A DNA stretch of 64,000 nt from an uncultured archaeon (GTDB taxonomy: Archaea; Asgardarchaeota; Lokiarchaeia; Sigyniarchaeales; SOKP01), in assembly GCA_964583985.1 (NCBI GenBank), contig CAZOYD010000010.1:16403-80402 (forward strand), in the 5' to 3' direction. The translations under genes and the position numbers were made by a program. Positions within the stretch are counted from its first letter, which is position 1. Each line of letters opens with the position of its first letter. The notes under the pieces were generated by a model, which saw nothing but the letters and a program-made list of their open reading frames with translations, had not been told where the DNA came from and ran no database searches. Positions 30,711 to 41,074 of the stretch are shown here, in pieces.

Positions 30711-33700
30711 TTTTCTTTTACTCCTCCCGATAATTGTGATTTAGTACCTCTTAACTCTTTTTTCTCATCTTCAGAAAGATTTAGGAAAAAATCATTTAAT
30801 GTTTTTTCTACCTTTAAAATCGTATCTAATCCTTTCATTCTGAATAGCAATTCTTCATTCCTCGCAATTTCATACTTTTTCAGGTTATATCTTCTTGATT
30901 GATATAGATAGATTGCTAAAATCAACAGAGCTAACGCTGTAGGTATACCGATAAATAATATCTGAGTATGAATTGGAAAGATTATCTTAACTTCAACCGC
31001 GTTTGAAGTTACTTTTACTTGATGAATGTAATATAAATGAATGGTGGAAGGATTTAATTTTATAAGACTTTGACTCATGGCTTTGATTGCATATGAATAC
31101 GTTTTGTTCTCGCCTGGATTGATTAAATCAATTTCATTTATCAACTTACCTTCAACTAAAGCAAAGTTAATTCTTGTAAAACTTGTAATGTCACTTAAAC
31201 TTAAACCTTTAACGCAAATATTTCCCGTATTTCTAACTATTAAAGTAACCACGAGAATATCCCCAATTTCGACTTGATTTTTATTAATGTTTTTAGTAAT
31301 GGTCAAATTGATACTTCCTAATATTACCGGTTCAGAATGAGAAATCTGTATTAAACGACTGTTATCACTATCAAAGTAATTAATGGGAGGATAGTAATAA
31401 CCATTCCACTCCAATTTTTTCAATGTGATATTATAAGAATAAATTTCATCATATTGGATGTTTGTAATGGTATGTCTTTCATTTTGAATAATTCTTAAAG
31501 CACCATAATTATCTTTAAGATTTAATGATAGCTTAGAGATATTCAATCTATTGGGACTAGTATTTTTTATCTCTACCGAAATATTAAAAATCTCACCGAT
31601 CATTGGATTATTAATGAGGGGATTAAAGAGAATTTGAATCGTATTAAGGAAGGGTTGAGTCTTCCCGTAATCAACTCTTGCGGTATAAAACACCTCATTC
31701 GTACGAGTTATAATTGTGCGTGTATCTAAATTCTCAATTTTTTCTGTATTGTTATACTCGAGTCGTAAAGAATTTATAGTAGCAGAATTTGGAGTGTAAA
31801 ATTCCATTTGAATTGTTTGCTGTTCTAGGGGTGCTAATTCGTCTAAATAGAAGTATAAGTGATTATCATATATAGAAAAATTAATATTATCATTTATTAT
31901 TCCTGGAAGAAGCATAGAAATATTAAGATCGTGGGCAATTTGGGAACCAACATTTTTAAAATGTAAAGTATAAGTATTAATTTCACCAATTTCAGTATTA
32001 TATTTTGAAATTTCAGCAAATGCTATGATCGACGCCATATCATAAGTACTTAATGAAATAGAATTAGAATATCTTACATATTGGACTTCTCCACTAGTAG
32101 TACTGTATATTACTCGTGATCTTGAAGCCTCATAATGATTTATGTCACGATAGGATAATTCGACTTCTAAATAATTTAAGCTAATATTGAAAGCGCTTGA
32201 TTCTGATCCAATCAATCGTAAAACCATTGTGTGATTTATTCGAGATGGAGAATCAAAAAGCCATTCTAAAGATCCTTTATTTTTAATAAATGAATAACGA
32301 GTTGTACCATTTTGTTGAGATTCAAAGTAAGATGAAATATCTTCAAATTGGCCACTTGAGAAATTAAATATTTCTAATCTTAACGAATTTTGTTGATCTG
32401 TTAAATTGATAAGAATTGATACGCGATCCAAAGATTTATTTTGATAATTGATGCGTGTCGTATTTTGAAATAGAAATTGTACTTCAATTTGGTGTTGGTC
32501 CACATATTTTTCTTCTGAAGATATATTCCAACTTTCATCATCAAGTCTCAATGCCATACTAGGATCAGTATCATCTAATGATGATCCTGAAATCATATCA
32601 GGAAGTGGTGGATATGATTCATCAATTATGAAACTATAATTATAAAATGGTGTGAATGTATCAAATGCTTCGATTGAGAAGTTAGAATACACGTAAGAAA
32701 TCCTTTCTCCTGGCTCTAAAATCCAATTATCATCGTTCCAAATACTATATTTATTGGTAAAGATATTTTTTAAATCATTTGAAGTGATCCCTAGAATTAA
32801 TAAACCAGCAATTAATTGAGGATAACCAATACTTATGATATCAATGACATTATCCATTTTCTCATTATAAGGGAAATAATTTGATAGATTGCTCAAATCT
32901 GGAAAATATGTATCCACTAATCCTGATCCCAAACTATCCATATAGAAAATTCTTGGATTTTCATCAAAATTGAAAAAATCTTCTAAGGAATCATATTGAC
33001 CTGAATATTCTACTTTTACAACATCCCATATTGCATCCATGAGTTCACCACCTAATGGACCACCAATTAAAGTGAACATTTCTTCAAGTCCTAAAGGAAA
33101 TGAGGTTGGTACACCCCAAGCAGATTCATTACCTACATTCTTTACAGTTATATTAAAATCATAATTATTATATGCACCATATGAAGCGTTTCCGTTAACT
33201 AAATCTTTGGTTATCATTAAATTTGGTTCTGAATTAGAAATCTTGTAATTTACAATAAAATCAGAAACAGGATTAAATAATCCTGTCATGATACCAGAAA
33301 TACCTTGGAATCCAAGTTGAGGTAGAAAATTAATAATATCTAAGGAATCGTTTAGATTAATTGGCAATACGTAACTTCTTTTTATACCACCAAAATCAAC
33401 CCATACTAAATCAAAGGAATAATTTTTGAGTGATTGAATGTCAATATCAACATTTGAATAATATAGTAATAATCCAAGTTGTTCTAGTAAAAATTCATAC
33501 AATTCAAAATAATTTGGAGTAGTATCAATTATATCAGAACATAATATTGATACATCAATATTACTTAAAAAAGCTCCTGCTAAAGCGATAAATATTTTGG
33601 CACTAGGTTTTAATTCATCTCCATTATAATCCATGGCATCCCACAAATTGAAAGAAAATTCATCATCTCCAATTTTTTGTATCGCATTTTCAATTCCTTC

Positions 33701-34618
33701 GTATTGGATCATAAGATTTGTATAATGAGAATTATTTGATAGAGATAGGCTACCAAAAAGATCAGAAAGCATCTCAAGACCAGTCTGATTTGTACCTAAA
33801 GTATCATTTAAACCTGAATATGTTTCAAATATATTCTCTAATTCAAGATTTTCTAAAAAACTTAGATCTAATGAATCCAAGTTAAAATTGACTTGGCTAG
33901 TTAAATCAAAAATATCTTTACTAAGAATATCAAGAGAATTTATCAAGAAATAAGTTGATGAAAGGTGATAATTTTCATTATATTCTTTTGAGGTTATCCG
34001 ATCAATATCTAGAGCCTTCCAATATCCATCTTTTGGGAGATTTAATGTGATTTGATCGATATATACATTCCAGTCAGGAACATGTCCAATAAATGGATAA
34101 TAATTTGGTTTAGATACATTCAAAAGAATGAGATCGATTTGGAATTTTCTCCTAATGATCTCAAGAGCTCTCTCAGCTCTAATATCAGCATCAGTTGCGC
34201 TTATATCTTCATCATAATACAAAAACCCTGAAAATCCATTAAAACTCATTTCATATTGCATGCTAAATCCATCTTCTGTAAGTAATCTTGGAAATATAGC
34301 CGGAGTAATGCCATTTGAAACACTAATGAGCACATTACACTTATAGAACGCAGGATCTCGTGTATCAAACTGAGATAAAATGCTCGTATCATTAGTAAAA
34401 AGTGATTGCCTGATAATTGATTTATTTCCTGCCACATAAGCATCTATATTTTCAGAATACAGATCTGTTCCTGCGATATCTGATAATTTCAGCGTTTCAG
34501 TTCCATCTATTTCTTTACTATTAGATTCATTTATAATAGAGTTATCAAAATTAAAGTTAGGAGGGATACTAAAACAGATACAAATGATAAAAAATAATCC
34601 TAATTTCCATGTTTTCAT
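30707..34618 (-). CDS. Large membrane-anchored cell-surface protein with DUF11/CARDB-like Ig repeats
   Basis: N-terminal signal; repeated h-x-h-K/R-N-x-G motifs (ITVKNVGN, LHFKNVGS, LIVRNTGN); many N-x-S/T sites; C-terminal TM and charged tail. Confidence 0.75.
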   Translation of the reverse strand: MKTWKLGLFFIICICFSIPPNFNFDNSIINESNSKEIDGTETLKLSDIAGTDLYSENIDAYVAGNKSIIRQSLFTNDTSILSQFDTRDPAFYKCNVLISVSNGITPAIFPRLLTEDGFSMQYEMSFNGFSGFLYYDEDISATDADIRAERALEIIRRKFQIDLILLNVSKPNYYPFIGHVPDWNVYIDQITLNLPKDGYWKALDIDRITSKEYNENYHLSSTYFLINSLDILSKDIFDLTSQVNFNLDSLDLSFLENLELENIFETYSGLNDTLGTNQTGLEMLSDLFGSLSLSNNSHYTNLMIQYEGIENAIQKIGDDEFSFNLWDAMDYNGDELKPSAKIFIALAGAFLSNIDVSILCSDIIDTTPNYFELYEFLLEQLGLLLYYSNVDIDIQSLKNYSFDLVWVDFGGIKRSYVLPINLNDSLDIINFLPQLGFQGISGIMTGLFNPVSDFIVNYKISNSEPNLMITKDLVNGNASYGAYNNYDFNITVKNVGNESAWGVPTSFPLGLEEMFTLIGGPLGGELMDAIWDVVKVEYSGQYDSLEDFFNFDENPRIFYMDSLGSGLVDTYFPDLSNLSNYFPYNEKMDNVIDIISIGYPQLIAGLLILGITSNDLKNIFTNKYSIWNDDNWILEPGERISYVYSNFSIEAFDTFTPFYNYSFIIDESYPPLPDMISGSSLDDTDPSMALRLDDESWNISSEEKYVDQHQIEVQFLFQNTTRINYQNKSLDRVSILINLTDQQNSLRLEIFNFSSGQFEDISSYFESQQNGTTRYSFIKNKGSLEWLFDSPSRINHTMVLRLIGSESSAFNISLNYLEVELSYRDINHYEASRSRVIYSTTSGEVQYVRYSNSISLSTYDMASIIAFAEISKYNTEIGEINTYTLHFKNVGSQIAHDLNISMLLPGIINDNINFSIYDNHLYFYLDELAPLEQQTIQMEFYTPNSATINSLRLEYNNTEKIENLDTRTIITRTNEVFYTARVDYGKTQPFLNTIQILFNPLINNPMIGEIFNISVEIKNTSPNRLNISKLSLNLKDNYGALRIIQNERHTITNIQYDEIYSYNITLKKLEWNGYYYPPINYFDSDNSRLIQISHSEPVILGSINLTITKNINKNQVEIGDILVVTLIVRNTGNICVKGLSLSDITSFTRINFALVEGKLINEIDLINPGENKTYSYAIKAMSQSLIKLNPSTIHLYYIHQVKVTSNAVEVKIIFPIHTQILFIGIPTALALLILAIYLYQSRRYNLKKYEIARNEELLFRMKGLDTILKVEKTLNDFFLNLSEDEKKELRGTKSQLSGGVKEK

Positions 34619-34634
34619 TTGTAATTCTTTCCTC

Positions 34635-37607
34635 TCACATTGTTTCTCTATAGATTTCTATTATTTTTTTCTTGCGAATTTTTCTTAATAAAAATACCAT
34701 GCTTATCAAAATGAATATTGTTGAAATAAAAAAGACAGATAAAGCATCTGAAAGTGGAAAATTTGTTGGTGTAGGTATGTTTCCCATTTCATTTAGAGAT
34801 GAAGCTAATAATAATCCTGTTGCATATCCAATAAGCACGCCTACTGAACCACTACTAAACATGATGATAAGTGCTTCAATAGTAAATAAACGATTTATTT
34901 GTCTCCCTTTTAAACCTAACGTTCTAATAATACCAATATCTTTTTTTCTCTCAATAATTGAAGAATAAGACGATGAGATTAAACCAAACAAGCAGATAAT
35001 GATAGTAGCATCGAGTGTTATGGTAAAAAAAATATCTAATATTGAAAAATATGATTGTTCTTGACGGATGGAACTATCGAGGTTATCGAGATTAAAATCG
35101 AATATACCTCTATAAGCATCCCAAATTGTCGCACCAATTGCTTGTTGGTAATCTAAACCCGTCTCAGTTAATTTTATAAAGACTTTATCTAAGTATGGAA
35201 TGGGAGGAATATCCATTAAAGTCATGTACGTTTGGTCGTTAATCATTACTCCTCCTCTAAAAGCAGCCCCGCTTGATCTGCTAAATACAGAAGAAAAACC
35301 AGGCATTGCTGTTGCTATTCCAACAATCCTAAAAGGATAAATTTCTGATTCATCGCCTCTATGTACTATAATTCTGATTAAATTTCCCATGTAGAGATTT
35401 AAATTGATAGATATGGCTTCTGAGATTATACACGTGTAATCACCCTCAAGATTAAATAGATTATCAAATGAATCTATCAAGTTACCCCCAGTAAAATCAA
35501 TATAATTCGTGTCAATAGTCGAAGGATATTCTTCATCGACTCCGATCAATGATATTTCTATCGTGGATAATCCAGCATAATCTCCAATTTCTGCATAAAA
35601 TTCGTTTTCTTCATCAGAATATAATTGTGTCAAATGAAATGGACTGGCAATGATAGTTGATACTTTCTCTACTCCCTCAATTTGTAATATATCAGTTTTG
35701 AATTCACTTGTTAGAATTCTACTCGGATCAACAGAAAAACCATCAGTAAGCATCTTAAAAGATTCCCCAGAGAGCCCAAAACCTCCTCCAGTGTCTATTT
35801 CCTCAAGATCTTCCCATCCAATTGTTTCAATAACTAAATCAGATCCTAAATCCAAGGTCGTTTCGATTTTCCCTTGATCTGATAAGAATTTAAATGCTCC
35901 AGAGACGAAAATAACAAACGAGAATGTAAAAGCAAACATCAAAATGGTGCTTGAATTCCTTCGAGCATAACGAAATACGAAAATTTTATAAATTGGAGCT
36001 AACTTTCTGGAGATTAATCTAAATGCTTGTATAAAAAAACGTAAGATGACTGGCATCAACCCTAATCCAGCAAGAGTAGTTCCGATTAAAAATAGAATAA
36101 GTAACGCAATGAGAATACCCGCCATTAATGCGAGATCTCCGGTGATCATGACACGAGGTAATATTAATATAATAAATAAACCATTTGCTGCCAATATCAA
36201 TCCAACGAGAATAATTTTATAATTAACTGACGCTCTTTTTTGAAGATGATAGAGGGTATCTTCATGTCTATAAGGATGAATAGATTCAATTAATTGAAGT
36301 TTCATTACTTTTATTGCTGGAGAAATACTCACGATCAATCCCACACCTATTCCTATTATATATGAAAGGATAACTGATCCCAACGTAATTGAGTAAGTCA
36401 TGTTACCGGCTAATCCTGGTATGGATCCTGCAACGACCACTTCAGCAAAGGGTAATATCACAAATTGAGTCAGCAATTGTGCTCCTATAATCCCAAATAT
36501 TGTCCCAAAATTACATAAAAGGAATCCTTGAACTATCACTATCATTAAATTATGGTTTTTTGTCGCACCAAGGGTTCGGAAAATTCCAAATTCTCGTATT
36601 CTTTCCTCTACTGATGTTTTTAAAATACCATTAATAAGCACTCCAGATATAAGCATCGCAATCATGGATACAAATACGAAAATAATAGTTATTCCAACGC
36701 TTAACCATTCTGAGAATCCTAGCACTCTCAGTTTAGGCAAATCCAAGAAATATTCATTGATGCCAATTTTCATTTGAATTTCACCCGCGAGATCTTTTAC
36801 CCTATTTTCAGTTCCCTTTAGATCTCTTACATCGTAATATTCTCCCGCATTTGTAAATGTTAGAATTAATTCATTACATTTTCCACCAAATGTGCCATTA
36901 CCAAATAAATCATATAGCGTGTCAATATCCACAACTATCAATGGTCGATCTGCATAATTAATAGGCCATTTCTGCTGAAAGTCAAATATTTTTGCTATTG
37001 TGAAATTATGTGTCTTGTAATAAGTTACATCTCCATTCTGCATTCTCATGGCTATTTCAATGGTGTCATTTTCAACATATTTAATATCTTCGCTAAACTT
37101 GTATAAGATAGCACATTCATTGATAGATAATTCTTTTATTTCCAAAAGGGCATTACTTTTTGGTTGAGTAAAGGCACCAAAACCTAGTGAATTTTCTAAA
37201 TTAATATCAATTCCAGAAATTAACGCATTTGCCCTTTCATTTGTCAATTCTTGCGTTTCAAATCCTTGGGAAACGTTAATTTCCCCATATATTTCCATTC
37301 TAGGAATAAATGCATCGATTTGAGGAAAATTTCCTTCAATTTTATTGACTAACGGATTGAATTCAAAATAATTTGAACGATTACTTGGTTCTCCATTATA
37401 ATGTCGAACTGAAATTGATATGTCTTGATTACCCGCATCAATTGATAAATATTGGGCAAATGTTACGGAGATTGAATCCGATAAAAATAGGACTATAGCT
37501 AAGAGGGCAATTGAGAAAAAAACCCCAAATATCCCTATTGATGTTCGGATTTTTTGACGTCCAAGATCCTTAAATGCATATTTGAAAATTATTTTAAAAT
37601 TCAGCAT
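34635..37607 (-). CDS. FtsX/MacB-family ABC permease with duplicated architecture (paralog of 22950-25913)
   Basis: ERIREFGIFRTLG and ERKKDIGIIRTLG motifs; two extracytoplasmic domains. Confidence 0.88.
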   Translation of the reverse strand: MLNFKIIFKYAFKDLGRQKIRTSIGIFGVFFSIALLAIVLFLSDSISVTFAQYLSIDAGNQDISISVRHYNGEPSNRSNYFEFNPLVNKIEGNFPQIDAFIPRMEIYGEINVSQGFETQELTNERANALISGIDINLENSLGFGAFTQPKSNALLEIKELSINECAILYKFSEDIKYVENDTIEIAMRMQNGDVTYYKTHNFTIAKIFDFQQKWPINYADRPLIVVDIDTLYDLFGNGTFGGKCNELILTFTNAGEYYDVRDLKGTENRVKDLAGEIQMKIGINEYFLDLPKLRVLGFSEWLSVGITIIFVFVSMIAMLISGVLINGILKTSVEERIREFGIFRTLGATKNHNLMIVIVQGFLLCNFGTIFGIIGAQLLTQFVILPFAEVVVAGSIPGLAGNMTYSITLGSVILSYIIGIGVGLIVSISPAIKVMKLQLIESIHPYRHEDTLYHLQKRASVNYKIILVGLILAANGLFIILILPRVMITGDLALMAGILIALLILFLIGTTLAGLGLMPVILRFFIQAFRLISRKLAPIYKIFVFRYARRNSSTILMFAFTFSFVIFVSGAFKFLSDQGKIETTLDLGSDLVIETIGWEDLEEIDTGGGFGLSGESFKMLTDGFSVDPSRILTSEFKTDILQIEGVEKVSTIIASPFHLTQLYSDEENEFYAEIGDYAGLSTIEISLIGVDEEYPSTIDTNYIDFTGGNLIDSFDNLFNLEGDYTCIISEAISINLNLYMGNLIRIIVHRGDESEIYPFRIVGIATAMPGFSSVFSRSSGAAFRGGVMINDQTYMTLMDIPPIPYLDKVFIKLTETGLDYQQAIGATIWDAYRGIFDFNLDNLDSSIRQEQSYFSILDIFFTITLDATIIICLFGLISSSYSSIIERKKDIGIIRTLGLKGRQINRLFTIEALIIMFSSGSVGVLIGYATGLLLASSLNEMGNIPTPTNFPLSDALSVFFISTIFILISMVFLLRKIRKKKIIEIYRETM

Positions 37608-37621
37608 AGATATTTATCCAA

Positions 37622-38809
37622 TTAATAAAGATTTAATACGTTTCCATCAACATTTCCATTCAAATTATTCTCTTTAACCAATTCTTGTAAAATATCGTTA
37701 AAATGTTCGGGTAAATTTAACAGAATAGCACTTGGAATGCTATTTTTAATATCTCCTACATCTATTGACGTTTTTCCTTGATGTGAAAAGAGATATTTAA
37801 ATATCATGTTTTTACATTTTTCTTTGTTCATTTCTGCTTCTAATTTCCTATTGAGTTCCATCTGCTGAGTTTCTTTTAGTCCTCCAATTTTACCTTCCTT
37901 GGTTAATTTTCCATCTCTCATGTGAAATACGCGGTTTGCAAATTCTGAGACTGCTGCGTCATGACTCACTGCTATAAATGTTGCACCCTTACGATTCAAA
38001 TCTCTTAATAAATTTAATATCATGACTCCTGTCTTACTATCAAGATCTCCTGTCGGCTCATCCAATACACAAAGTGCAGGATCATTTGCAAATGCTCGGG
38101 CTATTGCCACTCTCTGTTGTTCTCCCCCACTCAATTCTGAAGGTGTATGATGTGCGCGATCTTCTAACTCTACGAGTCTCAATAAATCTAACCCTCGTTT
38201 TCTCTTTCCTCTTCTACTTAATTTACCGGAAAAATGTAAAGGAACTAATACATTCTCCAAAGCAGTCATTTGCGGTAAAAGATTATAGAATTGAAAGACA
38301 AAACCAATATTCTCTCTTCTGATATCTGCTAAATCATTATCTTTTAGGGTAGCGATGTTCCTTCCTTCAAGAAAAATCTTACCTCGTGTAGGTGTATCAA
38401 GACCCCCAATTAAATTTAAAAGTGTTGTTTTACCACTCCCACTAGGACCCATGATATCAACAAAATCACCTTTATCAATTGTTAAATCAACGCCACGTAG
38501 CGCAGCTACAGCTGTTGTTCCTAGTAAGTATGTTTTATGGAGATTTTCAACCACAATTAGATGTTCATAATCTTTATCAACGTCTTTTTGATTTTTATCT
38601 TCTAATTTTACTCGATTTCTTTCCTCTCGTGATGTTGATAATATCTCAAATTTATGTTCCTTAATTTCTTGTCTTTTTTTCTTCTCTTGCCAATTATAAA
38701 AATTTTTACTAACTTTCCCCTTCCATATAGCAAGATTCCCCGTTTCTTCTTCATATAATTCCATTTCGGGTGTTTTAATAATATGGGCATCTGGCATTAC
38801 ATTTACCAT
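37622..38809 (-). CDS. ABC transporter ATP-binding protein (LolD/MacB/FtsE type) with N- and C-terminal extensions
   Basis: GPSGSGKT, GFVFQFYNL, LSGGEQQR, LDEPTGDLD and VSHD motifs. Confidence 0.92.
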   Translation of the reverse strand: MVNVMPDAHIIKTPEMELYEEETGNLAIWKGKVSKNFYNWQEKKKRQEIKEHKFEILSTSREERNRVKLEDKNQKDVDKDYEHLIVVENLHKTYLLGTTAVAALRGVDLTIDKGDFVDIMGPSGSGKTTLLNLIGGLDTPTRGKIFLEGRNIATLKDNDLADIRRENIGFVFQFYNLLPQMTALENVLVPLHFSGKLSRRGKRKRGLDLLRLVELEDRAHHTPSELSGGEQQRVAIARAFANDPALCVLDEPTGDLDSKTGVMILNLLRDLNRKGATFIAVSHDAAVSEFANRVFHMRDGKLTKEGKIGGLKETQQMELNRKLEAEMNKEKCKNMIFKYLFSHQGKTSIDVGDIKNSIPSAILLNLPEHFNDILQELVKENNLNGNVDGNVLNLY

Positions 38810-38890
38810 GAAATTATTTAAAATTTTTTTAAAAAATTATAATGTTTTTAGGCATTTAATTTAATACCTTTGTGTTAGCATTAGCAAAAG

Positions 38891-39679
38891 TTAGGAAAAT
38901 TTTAAATCTTGAGATTCTATTTTTTTAGAACTTGCTTTTTCTTCATTAAAATCGAATTCATGTTCTTGAATATACTTTAAAGCTTTTAAACAGAAGTCTT
39001 TTTCAGCGTCTTTTCGTTTTTTATGGAAGTCTGAAGTAATTGAATGAGGAATAGAGTAAATTTCTTTTCCCATTATGTTCAAAATTCTAATTCCCTTGGC
39101 TTTCCATCTAATTTTATCTCCTTGTTCAAATTTTTCATATGAAAACTCAATATTGGGAGTAATTCTGAATTTTTCTTGGATATATTCGAGAAAATTATTT
39201 TTTGCGAATTGAAAGCTTGTATCAATTATTTCATCCCAATTCTTCATAAATCTCGTAATAATTTTTTCATCCACCATATCCAAATTAAGATTAGAGTCTA
39301 AAAACAAAGCCCCACATATACTTTCAAAAACATCAGCCATAATGGACGTCCCAATAACCTCTTGATTGTTAGCTTTAAAAATGAACTCATTTAATCCCAT
39401 ATTAGAAGCGATTTTTATCCAATTTTGATTGCTTTCTACACATAATTTATTTCGTGTTAAAGTGGCTGGGTCATTTGTTCCTTGATGATATATCTTTAAC
39501 GTAAATATTAATTTGAGAACGGCATCACCAATCGTTTCAAGAATCTCATAATGATTTGTGTTTGTTTTCTTACCAAGTTTTGGTGTTGTTAATGCTTGTT
39601 TAAGAAGGTTTAGATCATTGAATTGATAGTGAATATATTCTTGAAATTTGTTCAATTTTTCTGCAATTTCCTTTTCCAT
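38891..39679 (-). CDS. rnc: Ribonuclease III (RNase III domain plus dsRBD-like C-terminus)
   Basis: LLKQALT, signature YEILETIGDAVL, MADVFESICGALFLDS; C-terminal KNNFLEYIQ...KKRKDAEKDFCLKAL. Confidence 0.85.
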   Translation of the reverse strand: MEKEIAEKLNKFQEYIHYQFNDLNLLKQALTTPKLGKKTNTNHYEILETIGDAVLKLIFTLKIYHQGTNDPATLTRNKLCVESNQNWIKIASNMGLNEFIFKANNQEVIGTSIMADVFESICGALFLDSNLNLDMVDEKIITRFMKNWDEIIDTSFQFAKNNFLEYIQEKFRITPNIEFSYEKFEQGDKIRWKAKGIRILNIMGKEIYSIPHSITSDFHKKRKDAEKDFCLKALKYIQEHEFDFNEEKASSKKIESQDLKFS

Positions 39680-39740
39680 AATATTAACAAAATAATTAAT
39701 TAAGAAAAATTTATAAACCTAAACTAGACTTATTTAGTAT

Positions 39741-40166
39741 ATGGATGCAGAGCAAGCAAAGAAAGCATTATCACTTATTGAAGGAATTGAAAACAAACAA
39801 TTAGAGATTGAAACATTTTTATCAAATTTAACTATCTCTTCACGAGAAGAAATAATTAAAGATATCATCATAGAAGTAATTAGAAATAATTTATTCTTCA
39901 GACAATTAGGCATAACCCAAGAAATCCTTAAAGAAAATAAATCGTTGGAATCCAACTCAAAAGAGATGATTGTAGATCATTTAATTTCCAATATCCAAAA
40001 CGATCCTTCAAAAAAAATCATACATTTAAGACATTTCTTGGACAGATTTTATGAAATATCTGAACAAGATAAAAATGTCATTCTCCAATCGATAAAAAAT
40101 GAAAAAAATGAAAATCTCAAAGAAGAACTGCTTTCCTTGGTAAATATTTTCAAATTGAAATTATAA
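39741..40166 (+). CDS. Hypothetical helical protein
   Basis: 141-aa ORF, divergent from rnc. Confidence 0.65.
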   Translation: MDAEQAKKALSLIEGIENKQLEIETFLSNLTISSREEIIKDIIIEVIRNNLFFRQLGITQEILKENKSLESNSKEMIVDHLISNIQNDPSKKIIHLRHFLDRFYEISEQDKNVILQSIKNEKNENLKEELLSLVNIFKLKL

Positions 40167-40176
40167 AAAAATTATT

Positions 40177-40578
40177 TTAAGCATTATCAGGTTCTAAGAG
40201 AGCGAATAAATCGAGTATTTTATTCATACCTTTTATCTTTAATTTTCGGGTTATTATTTTTACCAATGAGGCTCCAGTACCTAATTGTCCTGATGCTATT
40301 TTTAGAAATAATTCTGTCGTGGTCTCAAGTTTCGCTTCCCACCCTAAAACATCTTGCTTTAAATCATTTTTTTCTTTATTCACAATTCCTTCTACATCTA
40401 CAGTTCCATTATCAATAATTACTAATGCAGCATATTTACCATCCACCGCATTCAATAAAATTTTACTTTTAATATCTTTATATTTTTCCTTGAATTTTTC
40501 ATTATCATTCAAAGGCATCACTGTCTTGTATATCATGCTAGCGAAGCCTCTTGGTTTTTTCTTGGTTTCTTCTGTCAT
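40177..40578 (-). CDS. SCP2 sterol/lipid-binding-domain-like protein
   Basis: C-terminal pattern ETTTELFLKIASGQL...ITRKLKIKG typical of SCP2 domains. Confidence 0.7.
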   Translation of the reverse strand: MTEETKKKPRGFASMIYKTVMPLNDNEKFKEKYKDIKSKILLNAVDGKYAALVIIDNGTVDVEGIVNKEKNDLKQDVLGWEAKLETTTELFLKIASGQLGTGASLVKIITRKLKIKGMNKILDLFALLEPDNA

Positions 40579-40613
40579 TTTAATCGGACTTTATTTATTT
40601 GATTTCTTTTAAA

Positions 40614-40634
40614 AAGTTCTTTATATATTACAGA
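40614..40634 (-). promoter_or_regulatory. TATA-box promoter of the SCP2-like gene
   Basis: TAATATATAAAG on the minus strand ~45 nt upstream of the ATG; near-identical copy at 41075-41095. Confidence 0.45.
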
Positions 40635-40776
40635 TCACATACTAAAGAATAAAAACTTTTAAATTATTTTTGACAAAATAATCCAAACACAAATCATGAC
40701 ATGGATTTATAGAAGATTGAAATCATTCAGAAGAAGATTTGAACTAATAAATATGAATACATTAGTCAATTGGAAA

Positions 40777-41028
40777 CTAGTAAGAATCGGCTTCTGAGCC
40801 CCCAAAGAATTCCTCATATGCTTTTCTGTCTTGGGCCGAAATACGACTGTCTTTAATACCATCTCTTAGAATGACAGGAGCTGCTTCTTTTTCATCGTGC
40901 TTGATTTTTTTGACTATTTTGTACTCTTCTTTCTCCTTATCTAACTCGAACTCTTCATTACACGCTTTACATATAAGCTTCTTGTTCTTTGGTATCAGAA
41001 TGTTATCGCAGTGTGGACAAAACTTCAT
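40777..41028 (-). CDS. TFS/RpoM (Rpb9/A12.2/C11-like) protein with only the N-terminal Zn-ribbon
   Basis: MKFCPHCDNILIP...LICKAC; ends without the C-terminal ribbon. Confidence 0.75.
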   Translation of the reverse strand: MKFCPHCDNILIPKNKKLICKACNEEFELDKEKEEYKIVKKIKHDEKEAAPVILRDGIKDSRISAQDRKAYEEFFGGSEADSY

Positions 41029-41074
41029 GAATAAACTCCATTTCTTTTATTCTTGCTTTTAAAGTTTATGTTTC

